NCBI GenBank assembly: GCA_017999915.1
Contig: JAGNKX010000010.1
Coordinates: 12,381-76,380, forward strand
DNA from: Spirochaetota bacterium
GTDB taxonomy: Bacteria; Spirochaetota; UBA4802; UBA5550
Length of the DNA: 64,000 bases
Direction of reading: 5' to 3'
Shown: in pieces, positions 29,140 to 39,832 of the stretch
Numbering within the stretch: position 1 is the first letter of the stretch
Layout: every line of letters starts with the position of its first letter
The notes under the pieces: generated by a model
What the model was told of the DNA's origin: nothing
Seen by the model: only the letters and a program-made list of their open reading frames with translations
Databases searched by the model: none
Translations under genes and position numbers: made by a program

Positions 29140-29309
29140 TCATTGCGGTATGGGGCCAGAGTAAACTTTCATTCCGCCATGGAGCTATCCGGGATCGAAT
29201 CGGGGTTGATGCGTAAATAACAGCTGTATCATAAAAATATGATTGCATGATTGCCGCGCTGATGCATAAGTGCGGCTATCCGTGTACTTTTCCCACAATG
29301 GACTGTGCG

Positions 29310-30638
29310 ATGAAATATCTCAGGGTATTTATAGCGGCCTTTTTTTTTGTACTGGCATTCCTTGATGACGGCCTTCTGGCGTCGGAATTAAGTCGCACCG
29401 TTGCCTTCATGAGAACCCAGGGCCGGGCGGCCGCGGTCGGTACCCTGGATGCCCTGTATTACAATCCGGCTGGTATCGCCGGCATCAAGGATGGATTCTA
29501 CATTGATGTCGGATATCAGCTCATGACGAAAACCACCGCTTATTCCGTTTCGCACATGAACGGCGAAGACAAGAAGCCCTCATGGTTCATCCCGAATTTC
29601 GCGGCGGCCTTCAAGAAGGGCAAAGGTGCGGTTTTCATCTCCCTCTCCATGCCCGAGGGCGTTGAATTGCTTGAATTCAGGAAGCCCCAGGGGAGCATGC
29701 CGATTGTCGGTTATCTCGGGCTTGACCTTGACGCGGTCCAGATGGGCGCGCTCAGGGGCCTGGGTTTGACGGCGCGGGCCGGATCGGTGGAACTGCCGAT
29801 GGTATCTTACGTGAAGGCGAGCAGGTACTGGCTCCAGGGGAGGGTGGGGGGCGCCTTTGCCGTCGCCGATTCCTTTTCTTTTGCCGGCGGCATTTCCTGC
29901 AGTTATTACAGGGCAGACCGCTCGGCCGGCGTGGCCGGCCTGGGAACCATTGATAAGATCGAGAGAAATGCCTTCGGCTGGTCGGGCTTTGCCGGATTTA
30001 TGATCGGGCCCCCCAACAAGTTTGTGCTGGCGGCATTCTACGAGACCCAGGTGATCACCCGCGGCAAGGAAAAGAACGTCAAGTACAACTATACCCATAT
30101 GACTGAGCAGCGCTATCCCGATTCCCTTCTTATCGGCTTTAACATCAAAACCGGCGACGGGGCGTCGCTGCAGTTTTCCTACCAGGTCGCCTTTACCGGT
30201 GAAAGAAGGTATGGAACGAAGAATATCCTTACCGGCAATCATGAAATCGGCTATCTTGACTGGGCCATGGTCCTGTGGAACGCTTCAGCCTGGGCCGCGC
30301 TCCCCCTGATAGCGAACGGGAATTCCCAGAACTACAAGTATAAGAACAGGCACAGCGTCGGTTTTACCATGGAGTTCAATGTCAGCGGGGTCGTGCCCAG
30401 CATGGGGATCTCCTACTCGACCCAGGAGAAATATCCCCGGACCCAGAATCCCCTTGACCCGGACCTTGCCAGGGTCGGCTTCGGCGCCGGGGTCAAGATT
30501 ACGACCTCAAACAGCGTCACCATGGAATCCGCCATCGCCTACTATTTTTATATCAAGGACCGCATGTTCCATAATTCGGTCAAGATGAACAAGATGGCAT
30601 GGACGTGGGGGGTCGGCGCGACTTTCAAAGCCTATTGA
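29310..30638 (+). CDS. outer-membrane beta-barrel protein (FadL/porin-like), hypothetical
   Basis: Signal peptide; alternating amphipathic strands; C-terminal aromatic residue (..TFKAY). Confidence 0.5.
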   Translation: MKYLRVFIAAFFFVLAFLDDGLLASELSRTVAFMRTQGRAAAVGTLDALYYNPAGIAGIKDGFYIDVGYQLMTKTTAYSVSHMNGEDKKPSWFIPNFAAAFKKGKGAVFISLSMPEGVELLEFRKPQGSMPIVGYLGLDLDAVQMGALRGLGLTARAGSVELPMVSYVKASRYWLQGRVGGAFAVADSFSFAGGISCSYYRADRSAGVAGLGTIDKIERNAFGWSGFAGFMIGPPNKFVLAAFYETQVITRGKEKNVKYNYTHMTEQRYPDSLLIGFNIKTGDGASLQFSYQVAFTGERRYGTKNILTGNHEIGYLDWAMVLWNASAWAALPLIANGNSQNYKYKNRHSVGFTMEFNVSGVVPSMGISYSTQEKYPRTQNPLDPDLARVGFGAGVKITTSNSVTMESAIAYYFYIKDRMFHNSVKMNKMAWTWGVGATFKAY

Positions 30639-30648
30639 TGATCTCTTG

Positions 30649-31383
30649 TCATTCCTTGATCTTGCGCAGAATCCTGGCGGAATCGTCATAACGGCCCAGC
30701 CTGCGATAGGCGTTGGCCAGGGCCCGGGCCGTATCGGTGTCTTCTTCCTTCATATCGTGGGCCTGTTCAAGGTAGGGCAATGAGCCTCTGGTGTCCCCTT
30801 TTTTCTCCAGGGCTTTTCCGGCGTAAAGGTAGGCGCTGTAGTCCGTCCTTCCTTCCTTGATGGCTTTCTTTAAATATTCCGACGCCTTTTCGTGGTTCCC
30901 GGTTTCGAAGAGGGCAACTCCATAGCAAAAGAGCAGGTTCGGGTTCGTGCCCGGCTTTCTTTTATGGAAGATTCTCTCGATATCCCGGTATTGTCCCTGT
31001 TCAAAGAGGGTCAGGACCGTTTCCTCGAGTATCTTTTCCGGAATCGGTTCCTCATCCGATGTGTCGAGAATAGCTTCCGCGCCGTTGCTGCGCCTGCCGA
31101 GCTTGATCAGGTTCAATCCCTTGAGCCTGCGGAGATCGCTGTTTTCCGGGTAGGCCATCATCAGGTCTTTGAGATATTTTTCCAGCTTTTCATATTCCTT
31201 GTTCGTATATAATTCTTCCGCTTTGGTTATCTGCTGTTCGATGGTCAGCCCCCGGAATTTTTCATAATAGATCTTCATGTAATAGGAGTATACTTCCTGG
31301 CTGTTAAAATACGAATAGACTCCTGCCCCGACTATGATGAGAAAGATCAGGTATTTCTTAATGGAAACTTGTCTCTTTGGCAT
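30649..31383 (-). CDS. TPR-repeat protein with N-terminal membrane anchor
   Basis: Start chosen at MPKRQ (GGAG RBS); several TPR units (AYLYAGKALEKKGD...). Confidence 0.65.
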   Translation of the reverse strand: MPKRQVSIKKYLIFLIIVGAGVYSYFNSQEVYSYYMKIYYEKFRGLTIEQQITKAEELYTNKEYEKLEKYLKDLMMAYPENSDLRRLKGLNLIKLGRRSNGAEAILDTSDEEPIPEKILEETVLTLFEQGQYRDIERIFHKRKPGTNPNLLFCYGVALFETGNHEKASEYLKKAIKEGRTDYSAYLYAGKALEKKGDTRGSLPYLEQAHDMKEEDTDTARALANAYRRLGRYDDSARILRKIKE

Positions 31384-31451
31384 GGCATGGCTCCAGGACC
31401 TTCTATTTGAATGGGGAAGTCCGATAATTTCAAGCATAATATTTGACCGCA

Positions 31452-31495
31452 GCGCTCTGATAGGTGCGGGTTTAAACCCGCACCTATCAGAGCGC
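31452..31495. promoter_or_regulatory. 44-bp perfect palindrome (gcgctctgataggtgcgggttt|aaacccgcacctatcagagcgc) in the divergent promoter region
   Basis: Every base pairs with its mirror position; followed by the 20-mer gcgcgcaaaacattatgcga, which also occurs at 9576..9595. Confidence 0.5.
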
Positions 31496-31573
31496 GCAAA
31501 ACATTATGCGACAAAATCCCACACACGCTATTTCCCAGGGTGCTGTCCGGTATTCAGCTTTTCAGGCGGCAAG

Positions 31574-31586
31574 GGGTCAGAGTAAA
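31574..31586 (+). repeat. GGGGTCAGAGTAA motif copy (~160 bp upstream of 31737)
   Basis: Member of the dispersed family. Confidence 0.6.
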
Positions 31587-31736
31587 ACATGTAATTAATT
31601 TCTTGAAATAAAACATATCAGCTAATAAGTATGGTTTTTTGAACAGTTTCCAGAAAAAATCCAACCCTGGGATTTTTCTGGAAAAAAATTTTCGATTTTT
31701 CCTGTTTGATCGTTATACTAGACAAAGGACACGGAC

Positions 31737-32342
31737 ATGAAGCGTCTTAGAATGCCAATCATAGTGATCACCCTCCTCTGCTCAACCGCTCTTTTTTCCA
31801 TCACGGGCGAGGAGGCTGTGGAGAAATTCAGCAATAGAATGCGCCGCATCGGAAAACTGACCGGCGTCATTTCCTGGACCTCCCTGGACGGTCAGACCTA
31901 TTCAGGCAGCTTCAAATATATGTCGCCGGACAAGGTGTATGTAAAATTCACCAGCCCGACCGAGAAGATACTGGTCTCCAATGGCAAGACCCTCTGGATC
32001 TACAGCCCCGGGACCAACATGTGCGGCATCCAGGAGCTGGCGAAGGGATCTTCGTCGGGCGGGATCGTGGGGCTTGTGGCCGGGTATAACGGCATAGCGG
32101 CCGGCAATGAGTCGGGATATACCATCAAGCTGAAGAGCGACGATAAGCAGTACCGGGAGATCATCCTGAGCGTTGACGGCACCTACATGCTGAGGGGCGC
32201 CATCTTCAAGCGCGAAGACGGAAGGATCATCAGCTTCTCCCTTTCGGACGTGAGCGGCAAGGCCGACGTGAGGGAGGGTCTCTTCAATTTCAAGGTTCCA
32301 AAGGGCGCGCAGATTGTAAAGAATCCCATGAATATACGATGA
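31737..32342 (+). CDS. LolA-like outer-membrane lipoprotein carrier/sorting protein family, tentative
   Basis: Signal peptide; KTLWIYSPGTN resembles the LolA KxxLWIYDP segment. Confidence 0.5.
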   Translation: MKRLRMPIIVITLLCSTALFSITGEEAVEKFSNRMRRIGKLTGVISWTSLDGQTYSGSFKYMSPDKVYVKFTSPTEKILVSNGKTLWIYSPGTNMCGIQELAKGSSSGGIVGLVAGYNGIAAGNESGYTIKLKSDDKQYREIILSVDGTYMLRGAIFKREDGRIISFSLSDVSGKADVREGLFNFKVPKGAQIVKNPMNIR

Positions 32343-32553
32343 CCCGAAGTCGGCCGAACATAATAAGCCGTTTCGAACTATCATTTCGACGAATCCCGGC
32401 ATGCCGGGATGTGGAGAAATCATAACAAGGATGTGCCACATCCAGGTTTTCTCACCCCGCACGTCGGGGTTCGAAATGACAAAGATAGAAAAAAAGTAAG
32501 TTCAATCGTTTCCCCCTCGATCACCGGTAAAATTTACGCTACGGTATGCTTGT

Positions 32554-34644
32554 ATGAAGACCATGGATATCTCATGCGTTCCAATTATCAAGAAATGCCT
32601 GATAAAAGCCGCGGCATGCCCTTTGTGGAGAATGATATTCGTTCCCTCGTGCTTCATCTTCATGATGTTGTGCGGTACGATACTGCTCTCCTATTCGTAT
32701 TTTCTTGACGGGGAGGTCAATGCCGCCGGGCCGGCCATGGTGGGGGCGGCCTGCGCCGTTGCCCCGCTCGTCTATTTCAATGCATTGAAGATAAAGGCCG
32801 CGCCGGGACGCGCCGTCATCCCCTCGAATACCCTGCGCGCCACAGTCATGGCGGCCCTTGCCTGCGCGTTATCGGTCCTGGCATGCGGCAGGATACGGGA
32901 CGCCGTGGCCGGCGGGGGCGCCGCGCCCGGCCTTGAAACCTGGACCGCCCATGTCGAAAGCGTCATTGAAAAGCGGTATTACCGTGAGGCCGGAATACGT
33001 TTCTGGAAAGAGGGTGGGGGCGATGCCGCGCGTCATGGCCTGGCCCGCGTTACCGGCGGGTCCATGGGCCAGGGGGACACGATAAGGTTTGCGGCCAGGC
33101 CCAGGGAAGTGACGGCACGTGGAGATGGCCTGTCATCCTCGAACCGCACCCTTCTCATGAAAGGCATCCGCCATGTCTTCTATCTCGAAGGCAAATCCAT
33201 CACGATCGCCAAGGCCGGGTCCTCCTTCAGGGAAGGAGCCCGGAAGAGGCTCGCATCGAATTGCGACAGGCTATTCAACCGGAAAACATCCGCCATGGTC
33301 AAGGCCCTTTATTTCGGGAACCAGGACTACATCGACAAGATAACCATGAACGATTACAAGCGGGCGGGCGTTTTTCATATTTTGTCCGCCGGGGGCCTCC
33401 ATGTGGGCGTCATTGCCGCCATCCCGCTCTTCCTGCTGGGGATCATCCGCGTCAATCGCAGGATCATAATGGCCGCGGCGGTCATCGCGGTGTTCCTCTA
33501 CATGTACATGACCGACATGCCCGTCTGCCTTCTCCGGTCCTGCATCATGTTCTTCATGTATGCGGCGCAGCGCATCGCCGGCAGGGAAGTGAATATCTTC
33601 AACACTTTTTTCCTGTCCGGCGCCGCGATCCTGTTTCTCTTTCCCCATGAGATCTTCGGGCTGGGATTTCAGCTGAGCTACGGAGCAACATTGGGGATCC
33701 TCCTCTTTCACGGCTCCTATCGCAAAACCCTGTCCTGGCTGCCGGGATTCATATCAAATCCCCTGGCCCTTACCATCGCGGCGCAGCTTTTGATCATACC
33801 GGTCCTCCTGGTTCGATTGAACGAGCTCAACCTGGCGGGCCTGCTCTCCAACATCATCGTGGTCCCCCTCATGTCCCTGCTCCTCGTCGCTTCTCTCGCG
33901 GCCCACGCGCTCTCCATCGTGTCCGGGATAGGTCTCTGGGCCGGCCGCGCCGTGGACCTTGTCTACGGACTGTGCGGGATGATCGTGGAATTCATGTCGG
34001 GCCTGGACGGTCACTTTTACGTGGCCGCGGCAGGACCGGCCCTTATAGCGGCTTTCTGCCTCCTGGCTGCGCCACTGGTCCCGGGATTGAGAGCCAGGCG
34101 CATGGCGTCTCTCCTGGTCGCGGCCGCCGTTGCCATTGCCTGGCTATCCCTCGGCATCCCCGGCATGGCGAGGGATTCGGTCATCGTGGTGAGGCATGAC
34201 GCCGGCGCCTGCATGGTGCTGAAGAAGGGAGCGACACTGTCCATTGCCGGCCAGGTTCCCGACAGGGCCTTTGCGAATGATTTGTTAAAAATCATCTCCG
34301 CTTCATCGCCCCGCGAGGTGGAGCTCCACATTACCGACCCGGACTACAGGAATATGGCCGGATACGGTCTTCTCATGAAGCGCCTGCCGGTGCGGCGCTG
34401 CTACCTTGCCGGCGGTTTCAGGGTCCGCGGGTACACGAGGAGGTTTTTCGATATCCTCGAAAGGGACGGGACCGAGCTGGTCATTCCCGAGGGTGTGTCC
34501 TCCGCGGCCCATGAAAACAAGGCGGCCCCCATGGAATCGGCGGGGCATATCAGCCGCCTGTACCGGGCAGTTGCCGCCGGCGGGACCCCTCCGCCGGTCG
34601 ATGGCGCCAAAAAAATGAAAATACAATATTTAACTTTACATTAA
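32554..34644 (+). CDS. comEC: ComEC/Rec2-family DNA internalization competence protein
   Basis: GVFHILSAGGLHVG (ComEC HLLAISGLH motif); multi-TM core; C-terminal lactamase_B-like region. Confidence 0.8.
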   Translation: MKTMDISCVPIIKKCLIKAAACPLWRMIFVPSCFIFMMLCGTILLSYSYFLDGEVNAAGPAMVGAACAVAPLVYFNALKIKAAPGRAVIPSNTLRATVMAALACALSVLACGRIRDAVAGGGAAPGLETWTAHVESVIEKRYYREAGIRFWKEGGGDAARHGLARVTGGSMGQGDTIRFAARPREVTARGDGLSSSNRTLLMKGIRHVFYLEGKSITIAKAGSSFREGARKRLASNCDRLFNRKTSAMVKALYFGNQDYIDKITMNDYKRAGVFHILSAGGLHVGVIAAIPLFLLGIIRVNRRIIMAAAVIAVFLYMYMTDMPVCLLRSCIMFFMYAAQRIAGREVNIFNTFFLSGAAILFLFPHEIFGLGFQLSYGATLGILLFHGSYRKTLSWLPGFISNPLALTIAAQLLIIPVLLVRLNELNLAGLLSNIIVVPLMSLLLVASLAAHALSIVSGIGLWAGRAVDLVYGLCGMIVEFMSGLDGHFYVAAAGPALIAAFCLLAAPLVPGLRARRMASLLVAAAVAIAWLSLGIPGMARDSVIVVRHDAGACMVLKKGATLSIAGQVPDRAFANDLLKIISASSPREVELHITDPDYRNMAGYGLLMKRLPVRRCYLAGGFRVRGYTRRFFDILERDGTELVIPEGVSSAAHENKAAPMESAGHISRLYRAVAAGGTPPPVDGAKKMKIQYLTLH

Positions 34645-34675
34645 TCCCGTGACGATTAAAGTAGTGTAGCGTCAT

Positions 34676-36190
34676 GTGCCGAGCCGGCGCGATCATATCA
34701 TACGAGTGCCCGAAATGCTTGATTCATCAGCCCTGGCAAAACAGTTTGACCGCGGGGAAGAGGTCTATTTCAGCTTTCAGTATTTGACCCGGGATATTGA
34801 AGTCGATATAAATTCCCTTCTCGCCAAGGTCCTTTCCCGCATTGATATGGCCTACCTCTATGATACCTTTGAGTCGGTGGTACGGGAACTGGTGCAAAAC
34901 GCGATGAAGGCGAACATGAAGCGCGTCAGCTTCAAGGAGATGAAGCTGGACATCAACAACGGCGATGACTACCAGAAGGGGATGCGGAAATTCAAAAAGG
35001 TCGTCTACCGCCCGGAGCTCCTCAGGGAAAGGCTCCTCGCAAGCCCCTTCCGGATCGTCATCAAGCTTCATAGGACCGGGTCCGGGGTCGTCCTTGAAAT
35101 CAGCAATAACGCCCGGGTCCTTCCGGTGGAGCTGGATCGGATGATGTTCCGGGCCAGGAAGGCCGCGGAATGCGGAAATTTCGCCGAGGCTTACGAGAAC
35201 ATGTATGACGAGTCGGAGGGCGCGGGACTGGGAATTATTCTGTCGGTGATGCTGCTCAAGAATGCCGGCATTGATACCGGTAATTTCAGCATCCGGGCTG
35301 ACGGCGACCTGCTGAAAATCGCGATAGTTATCCCCTCCATGCTGAAGGGCCCCGAGATAACATCGGAAATAGGAAACAGGATCCTGGACGACGTCAAGAC
35401 ACTGCCGACGTTCCCCGAGAACATCCTGGAGCTGCGATCCCTCTGCAACAATCCCGATACGTCCATTGAGGCCCTTTCGGATAAGATATCCCTCGATCCG
35501 TCGCTGGCCGCGGACGTCCTCAGGCTGTCAAATTCCGCCGGCTTTATCACCGGCAAGCGGATCAACAAGATCGGCGAAGCCATCATGGTCATCGGCATGA
35601 AAAACCTGGAGTCGCTCCTGGTGGCATCGGCGTCGCGCAAGATCCTTGACAAGCGCTACCGGAAGTTCGAACAGGTGTGGGATCACTGCAACAAAACCGC
35701 CTACTACGCGCGCCGGATCGCCCTCGAAAACGGGTGCGGGAAGCTGGCCGACACCGTTTTCATCGCGGGGCTCCTCCACGATATCGGGAAGATCGTGCTC
35801 CTGTCGACCGATCTGCCGCTGGTGGAGCAGATATCGGACATCGTCAGGAACCGTAAGATCAGGACCACGACCATCCTGGAGGAGATCTATATCGGCATGA
35901 GCCATTCCACCATCGGCTCCCTCATCGCCGAGAAATGGAATTTCCCCGATGAACTCGTGGAAAGCATCAGGTATCACCACGCGCCCCTGCATCCCGAAAT
36001 AGTCAACCGGGACACGGTCATGATCGTATACCTGGCCAATCAGCTGTGCTATCTGGAAGCAAAGGGAATGGACCTCATGTTTTTCGAGGCCGATGTCCTC
36101 GCGAGGTTCGGCATCCATTCCCGGGACGAGCTGGACGACCTGGCCCGGCGCCTCCAGAAGCGGTATTACTTGCAGGAAAAGCTGCTATAA
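34676..36190 (+). CDS. fusion of an RsbW/SpoIIAB-like GHKL ATPase domain (no HisKA) with an HDOD domain
   Basis: N-box ELVQNAMKAN, G2-box GAGLGIIL in the first ~220 aa; C-terminal HDOD (GLLHDIGKIVLL ... IRYHH). Confidence 0.7.
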   Translation: MPSRRDHIIRVPEMLDSSALAKQFDRGEEVYFSFQYLTRDIEVDINSLLAKVLSRIDMAYLYDTFESVVRELVQNAMKANMKRVSFKEMKLDINNGDDYQKGMRKFKKVVYRPELLRERLLASPFRIVIKLHRTGSGVVLEISNNARVLPVELDRMMFRARKAAECGNFAEAYENMYDESEGAGLGIILSVMLLKNAGIDTGNFSIRADGDLLKIAIVIPSMLKGPEITSEIGNRILDDVKTLPTFPENILELRSLCNNPDTSIEALSDKISLDPSLAADVLRLSNSAGFITGKRINKIGEAIMVIGMKNLESLLVASASRKILDKRYRKFEQVWDHCNKTAYYARRIALENGCGKLADTVFIAGLLHDIGKIVLLSTDLPLVEQISDIVRNRKIRTTTILEEIYIGMSHSTIGSLIAEKWNFPDELVESIRYHHAPLHPEIVNRDTVMIVYLANQLCYLEAKGMDLMFFEADVLARFGIHSRDELDDLARRLQKRYYLQEKLL

Positions 36191-36198
36191 ATAACGAC

Positions 36199-37908
36199 AT
36201 GGGCACCTACGTAGTAAAAGAAACACCCGGCGGAAAGCATACGCTCATCTATCGGAATTCCCGGGAAGTGCGTATCCATTCCGCCTATGAACCGGACCGG
36301 GAGGCTGACCGTGCCGTCGAGGTCTTTTCCACCGGCAGGGCCACCGTGATAGCCGTATCCGGCGTGGGTCTCGGGTACCACCTTGAGAGCCTGAAGCGCC
36401 GGTTTCCCGGCAAGCCCTTGGTGGCGGTGGAACATGATCCCGAGGTGGTCGCCTTGGCCCGGAAGACCTGCCCGGCGCACCTGGAAGGCGTGACCGTGAT
36501 CTCTTCCAGCGCCGATCTCGCGAGCGTGTTCGAGGAGATCGACATGTCGGGGTTCCGGGGCATCGCCCACTATGTGCACCGGCCGTCATACCAGCTCCAC
36601 AGGGAATTCTACGATGCCCTGTTCCGGGACATGAACCAGTACGCGACATCGAAGATAAGCGATCTCCTGACGCGGTTCGAGTTCGAGGAGCGGTGGGTCG
36701 AGAACATTCTCGGCAATGTGAAGCACCTGTTCTCGTCGCACCGCGTGCGGGACCTCTTCGGCGCCTTCGGTGGGTTCCCCGGCGTTATCGTCTCGGCCGG
36801 GCCGAGCCTGCGCCGGAATGTGCGCCTTCTCCGGGAGATGCGGGACCGCGCCCTCGTTGTCGCGGTGGACACGGCCGCGCCGGTTCTCCAGAAGGAAGGC
36901 ATCGTCCCCCACGTGGTCATGACCCTGGACGCCCAGAAGTACAGCATAAAGCATTTTATCGGCATACGGGAAAGCGGGGCCGCCCTCCTGGCGGACCTGG
37001 TCTGCTATCCGCCGGTGATACGATCCTACGACGGGCCGCGGATCGTGAGCACCACATCGAAGTACTACAAATCGGCGGACGGCGACCTGAAGCGGGAGAT
37101 GACGCCCATCATGGACTGGGTCGAGAAGCACGCGGGCCCGGTCGGCGACATACAGTCGGGCGGCTCCGTCGCCACCAGCGCCTTTGACCTTCTCCTGAAC
37201 CTGGGGTGCAGCCCCATTATACTGGTCGGGCAGGACCTTGCCTATACCGGGCGTGAGATACACTGCAGCGGAACCCATCATAACGATGAATGGCTTCCCC
37301 GGTATACGCGTTTTTACAACCTTGACACCATAAACCAGAATGTCGTGCGCAGGCGCAAGATCAAGTACGTGCCGGCCTATGGCGGAGCGGGGACGGTCAT
37401 TTCCGATTTCGTCTTCGACCTGTACCGCGGCTGGTTCGAGGATTCCGCACGCAAGGTGAAGGTGCCGGTCATCAACGCCACCGAGGGGGGAGCCCTCATC
37501 GCCAATACCGAGGAGCGCTCCCTGGCGTCACTTGTGGAGCGGTATCCGGCGCGCACGCCCTCTCCCGGCGAGGTCCTGGACCGGGCCCTCGGCGCGGCGA
37601 AGCGCGATGACCCCGGCCGGCTCCTCGGTGCCATGGAGAATGTCATAGGCGAGCTCGTCGGCATCAGGGCCGAGGCTGAGCGCGCCCTTGACGACCGGGA
37701 GCTGGCACGCGCCGTCGATGACCGGGCCAACAGTCCCGCCCTGGGCCCGGTACTGCGGCCATTCCTGAGAAAGGCCAATACCTTTATCGCGCGCTATAAT
37801 GCGTCCCCGGAAGAGGCGGAGCGTCTCCTTTTAAAAGATATCATTATCGCCGCCGGAAAGCTCGTGCCGCTGCTGGAGAAGAGCAGGCGGGAACTGGCGG
37901 GCCTGTAA
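36199..37908 (+). CDS. Maf (motility-accessory-factor)/DUF115 MptE-like family protein
   Basis: FPGVIVSAGPSL ... ALVVAVDTA ... VPHVVMTLD is the canonical DUF115 core; start at the internal ATG (MGTYVVKE) to avoid overlap. Confidence 0.75.
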   Translation: MGTYVVKETPGGKHTLIYRNSREVRIHSAYEPDREADRAVEVFSTGRATVIAVSGVGLGYHLESLKRRFPGKPLVAVEHDPEVVALARKTCPAHLEGVTVISSSADLASVFEEIDMSGFRGIAHYVHRPSYQLHREFYDALFRDMNQYATSKISDLLTRFEFEERWVENILGNVKHLFSSHRVRDLFGAFGGFPGVIVSAGPSLRRNVRLLREMRDRALVVAVDTAAPVLQKEGIVPHVVMTLDAQKYSIKHFIGIRESGAALLADLVCYPPVIRSYDGPRIVSTTSKYYKSADGDLKREMTPIMDWVEKHAGPVGDIQSGGSVATSAFDLLLNLGCSPIILVGQDLAYTGREIHCSGTHHNDEWLPRYTRFYNLDTINQNVVRRRKIKYVPAYGGAGTVISDFVFDLYRGWFEDSARKVKVPVINATEGGALIANTEERSLASLVERYPARTPSPGEVLDRALGAAKRDDPGRLLGAMENVIGELVGIRAEAERALDDRELARAVDDRANSPALGPVLRPFLRKANTFIARYNASPEEAERLLLKDIIIAAGKLVPLLEKSRRELAGL

Positions 37909-38026
37909 AGGAGAGGCCGTGATAACCCGCTTTCATTAACGGGATCTCCCTAAAGAATCCATGGCTGAAAAACCGATAATAATAACGAATACTAACCGCA
38001 ATTTTGGAACGAACAGGACGAAAAGC

Positions 38027-38872
38027 ATGGTAAAAAGATTATTATCGGTCATAATGATCACCGCATTTGCAATGATCGATTCACTGGCGCAACCCAAGGC
38101 GGCGCCCCCGGACGCCGTCGACTGGTGCCGCGGTATCGTGGTTTCCCATGTCGTATCGAAGGTCGACATTGACCGGCGGGGAACGCCGGTGCACCGGGAG
38201 AGTGGATCGGTTGTTTCCCTGAACCGCGGCAGGGTCAACGCGTACCACAGGGCCCGTGATCTTGCCCTGGAAAATATCGCTCGCCTGGTCAGGGAGATAA
38301 GGATCGATGGCGATACCATGCTTTCAGATTTGATCGAGGAGGATGAAACGGCCCAGAGGCGCATCGCCAACGTCATAGCTACGCGCGTGAAGGTGAGGGA
38401 ATTCCCGACTGGATTCGCAGAGTCAACCTGCCGCGCCGAGCTGAAGATCGGCGACATTCTCCATGCCGTTCCCTACGCATACCCCGGCGACGATTTTCCC
38501 GTGCGCACCGATAACCCGATTCCGACCAGGTACACGAGCCTGGTTGTTGATACCCGGGGCCTCCATGTCGAGCCGATGATCCTTCCCTCGGTGTACAATG
38601 AAAACGGCCTGGAAGTGTACGGGCGTAACTACGTGGACATACGGTACGCGGGAAAGTACGGGATCGCGTCCTATGCCAGTACGGACGACGAGGCTATGAA
38701 ATCGCGGATCGCCGGTGACCACCCCTTTTATACCGTCGCCATAAAGGAATTAAAGGGGTGCCCCGTCATTTCCGACCGTGATATCCGCAAGCTTTTCAGC
38801 AGCGAAGAAACGATGGGATATCTGAAAAAGTGCCGGGTAATTTTTATTATTGATAAAAAGAAAAAGAGGTAG
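38027..38872 (+). CDS. secreted protein, possibly LPP20-like fold; hypothetical
   Basis: Signal peptide at MVKRLLSVIMITAFAMIDSLAQP; no firm motif. Confidence 0.45.
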   Translation: MVKRLLSVIMITAFAMIDSLAQPKAAPPDAVDWCRGIVVSHVVSKVDIDRRGTPVHRESGSVVSLNRGRVNAYHRARDLALENIARLVREIRIDGDTMLSDLIEEDETAQRRIANVIATRVKVREFPTGFAESTCRAELKIGDILHAVPYAYPGDDFPVRTDNPIPTRYTSLVVDTRGLHVEPMILPSVYNENGLEVYGRNYVDIRYAGKYGIASYASTDDEAMKSRIAGDHPFYTVAIKELKGCPVISDRDIRKLFSSEETMGYLKKCRVIFIIDKKKKR

Positions 38873-38992
38873 TATATTTGATTTGTAATGTAAACCATGT
38901 TGTCGTTAAAGTTCGCGGCAACAGTGTCGGGACTGGGATGGCAACAGAGAGGCGCATCGCGCGGCTGTTCCGGGTATAACCGGGAGAAAACA

Positions 38993-39832
38993 ATGAAAGT
39001 GAATCTGTCACCGAAACAAGTGGGCGACGCCGTAACGGGCGTTGACAAACTGATCGGCAAGATACCGAAGAAGACGCAGCAGACGGTCCGAAGCGTTTTC
39101 ATGCTCCTGATCTTCATGGCAACGGTCGGCGGGATCGCCATGGGAGTCATGTGGGGCAAGCAGGCGGCGGAGATTAAAAGCGCCCCCATCATCGAGCGCA
39201 CCAACGACGCCTTCGAGCTGGACATCAAGCGGGAGCATCCGGAAGGAACATTCTCCGTGCTCGACAGCGAGATGATAAATGAAATGAAAAAGATGGATCC
39301 CGGGAAGGCGCAGTTCCCAACGCGCGCAACCATGGAGCCGGAAGTCGACAAGGGTATCATCGAGGGCGAGTCAGGAAGGAAAGTGAAGCAGTCGCCGGAG
39401 ATCAGGTCACAGGATCCCCTGTTCGAGGGTGAATACAGGAAAAAGCCGTCGATCGAATCGGACGTGAAATCCATAGAAAAAAGATCAGGAGCCTCCCTCA
39501 AGGATCGGGAATCGCTGATTGAAAATGAGAAGAAGGGAATGTCTCCTCTCGGGGAAAGGGGGCCGGAGGACCGGGGCGATCCCTACATGGATGAGCCGGG
39601 CGGGAATCGTCCTGAAAAGAGAGCCTCCCCGAAACTTGAAGATAGCGGGACCCAGGCGGGCCCGGAAAAAGGAGAAGCCAGGCCGGCCCGCAAGCGCAGA
39701 CCGGCATCCGACTCCGATATCCGCGGGCTGGATTCGGGAGTCAGGCGGCTGCAGAAGAAACGGCCGTCCCGGGACACGGACATACGGTCCCTGGAGCCGA
39801 ACAATCGTGAAGAAGGAATAGTCGGAGAGTGA
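38993..39832 (+). CDS. membrane-anchored protein with long charged/disordered domain (TolA-like architecture)
   Basis: Single TM (VFMLLIFMATVGGIAMGVMWG) then a K/E/R/D-rich region; ATGA overlap with the next gene. Confidence 0.5.
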   Translation: MKVNLSPKQVGDAVTGVDKLIGKIPKKTQQTVRSVFMLLIFMATVGGIAMGVMWGKQAAEIKSAPIIERTNDAFELDIKREHPEGTFSVLDSEMINEMKKMDPGKAQFPTRATMEPEVDKGIIEGESGRKVKQSPEIRSQDPLFEGEYRKKPSIESDVKSIEKRSGASLKDRESLIENEKKGMSPLGERGPEDRGDPYMDEPGGNRPEKRASPKLEDSGTQAGPEKGEARPARKRRPASDSDIRGLDSGVRRLQKKRPSRDTDIRSLEPNNREEGIVGE

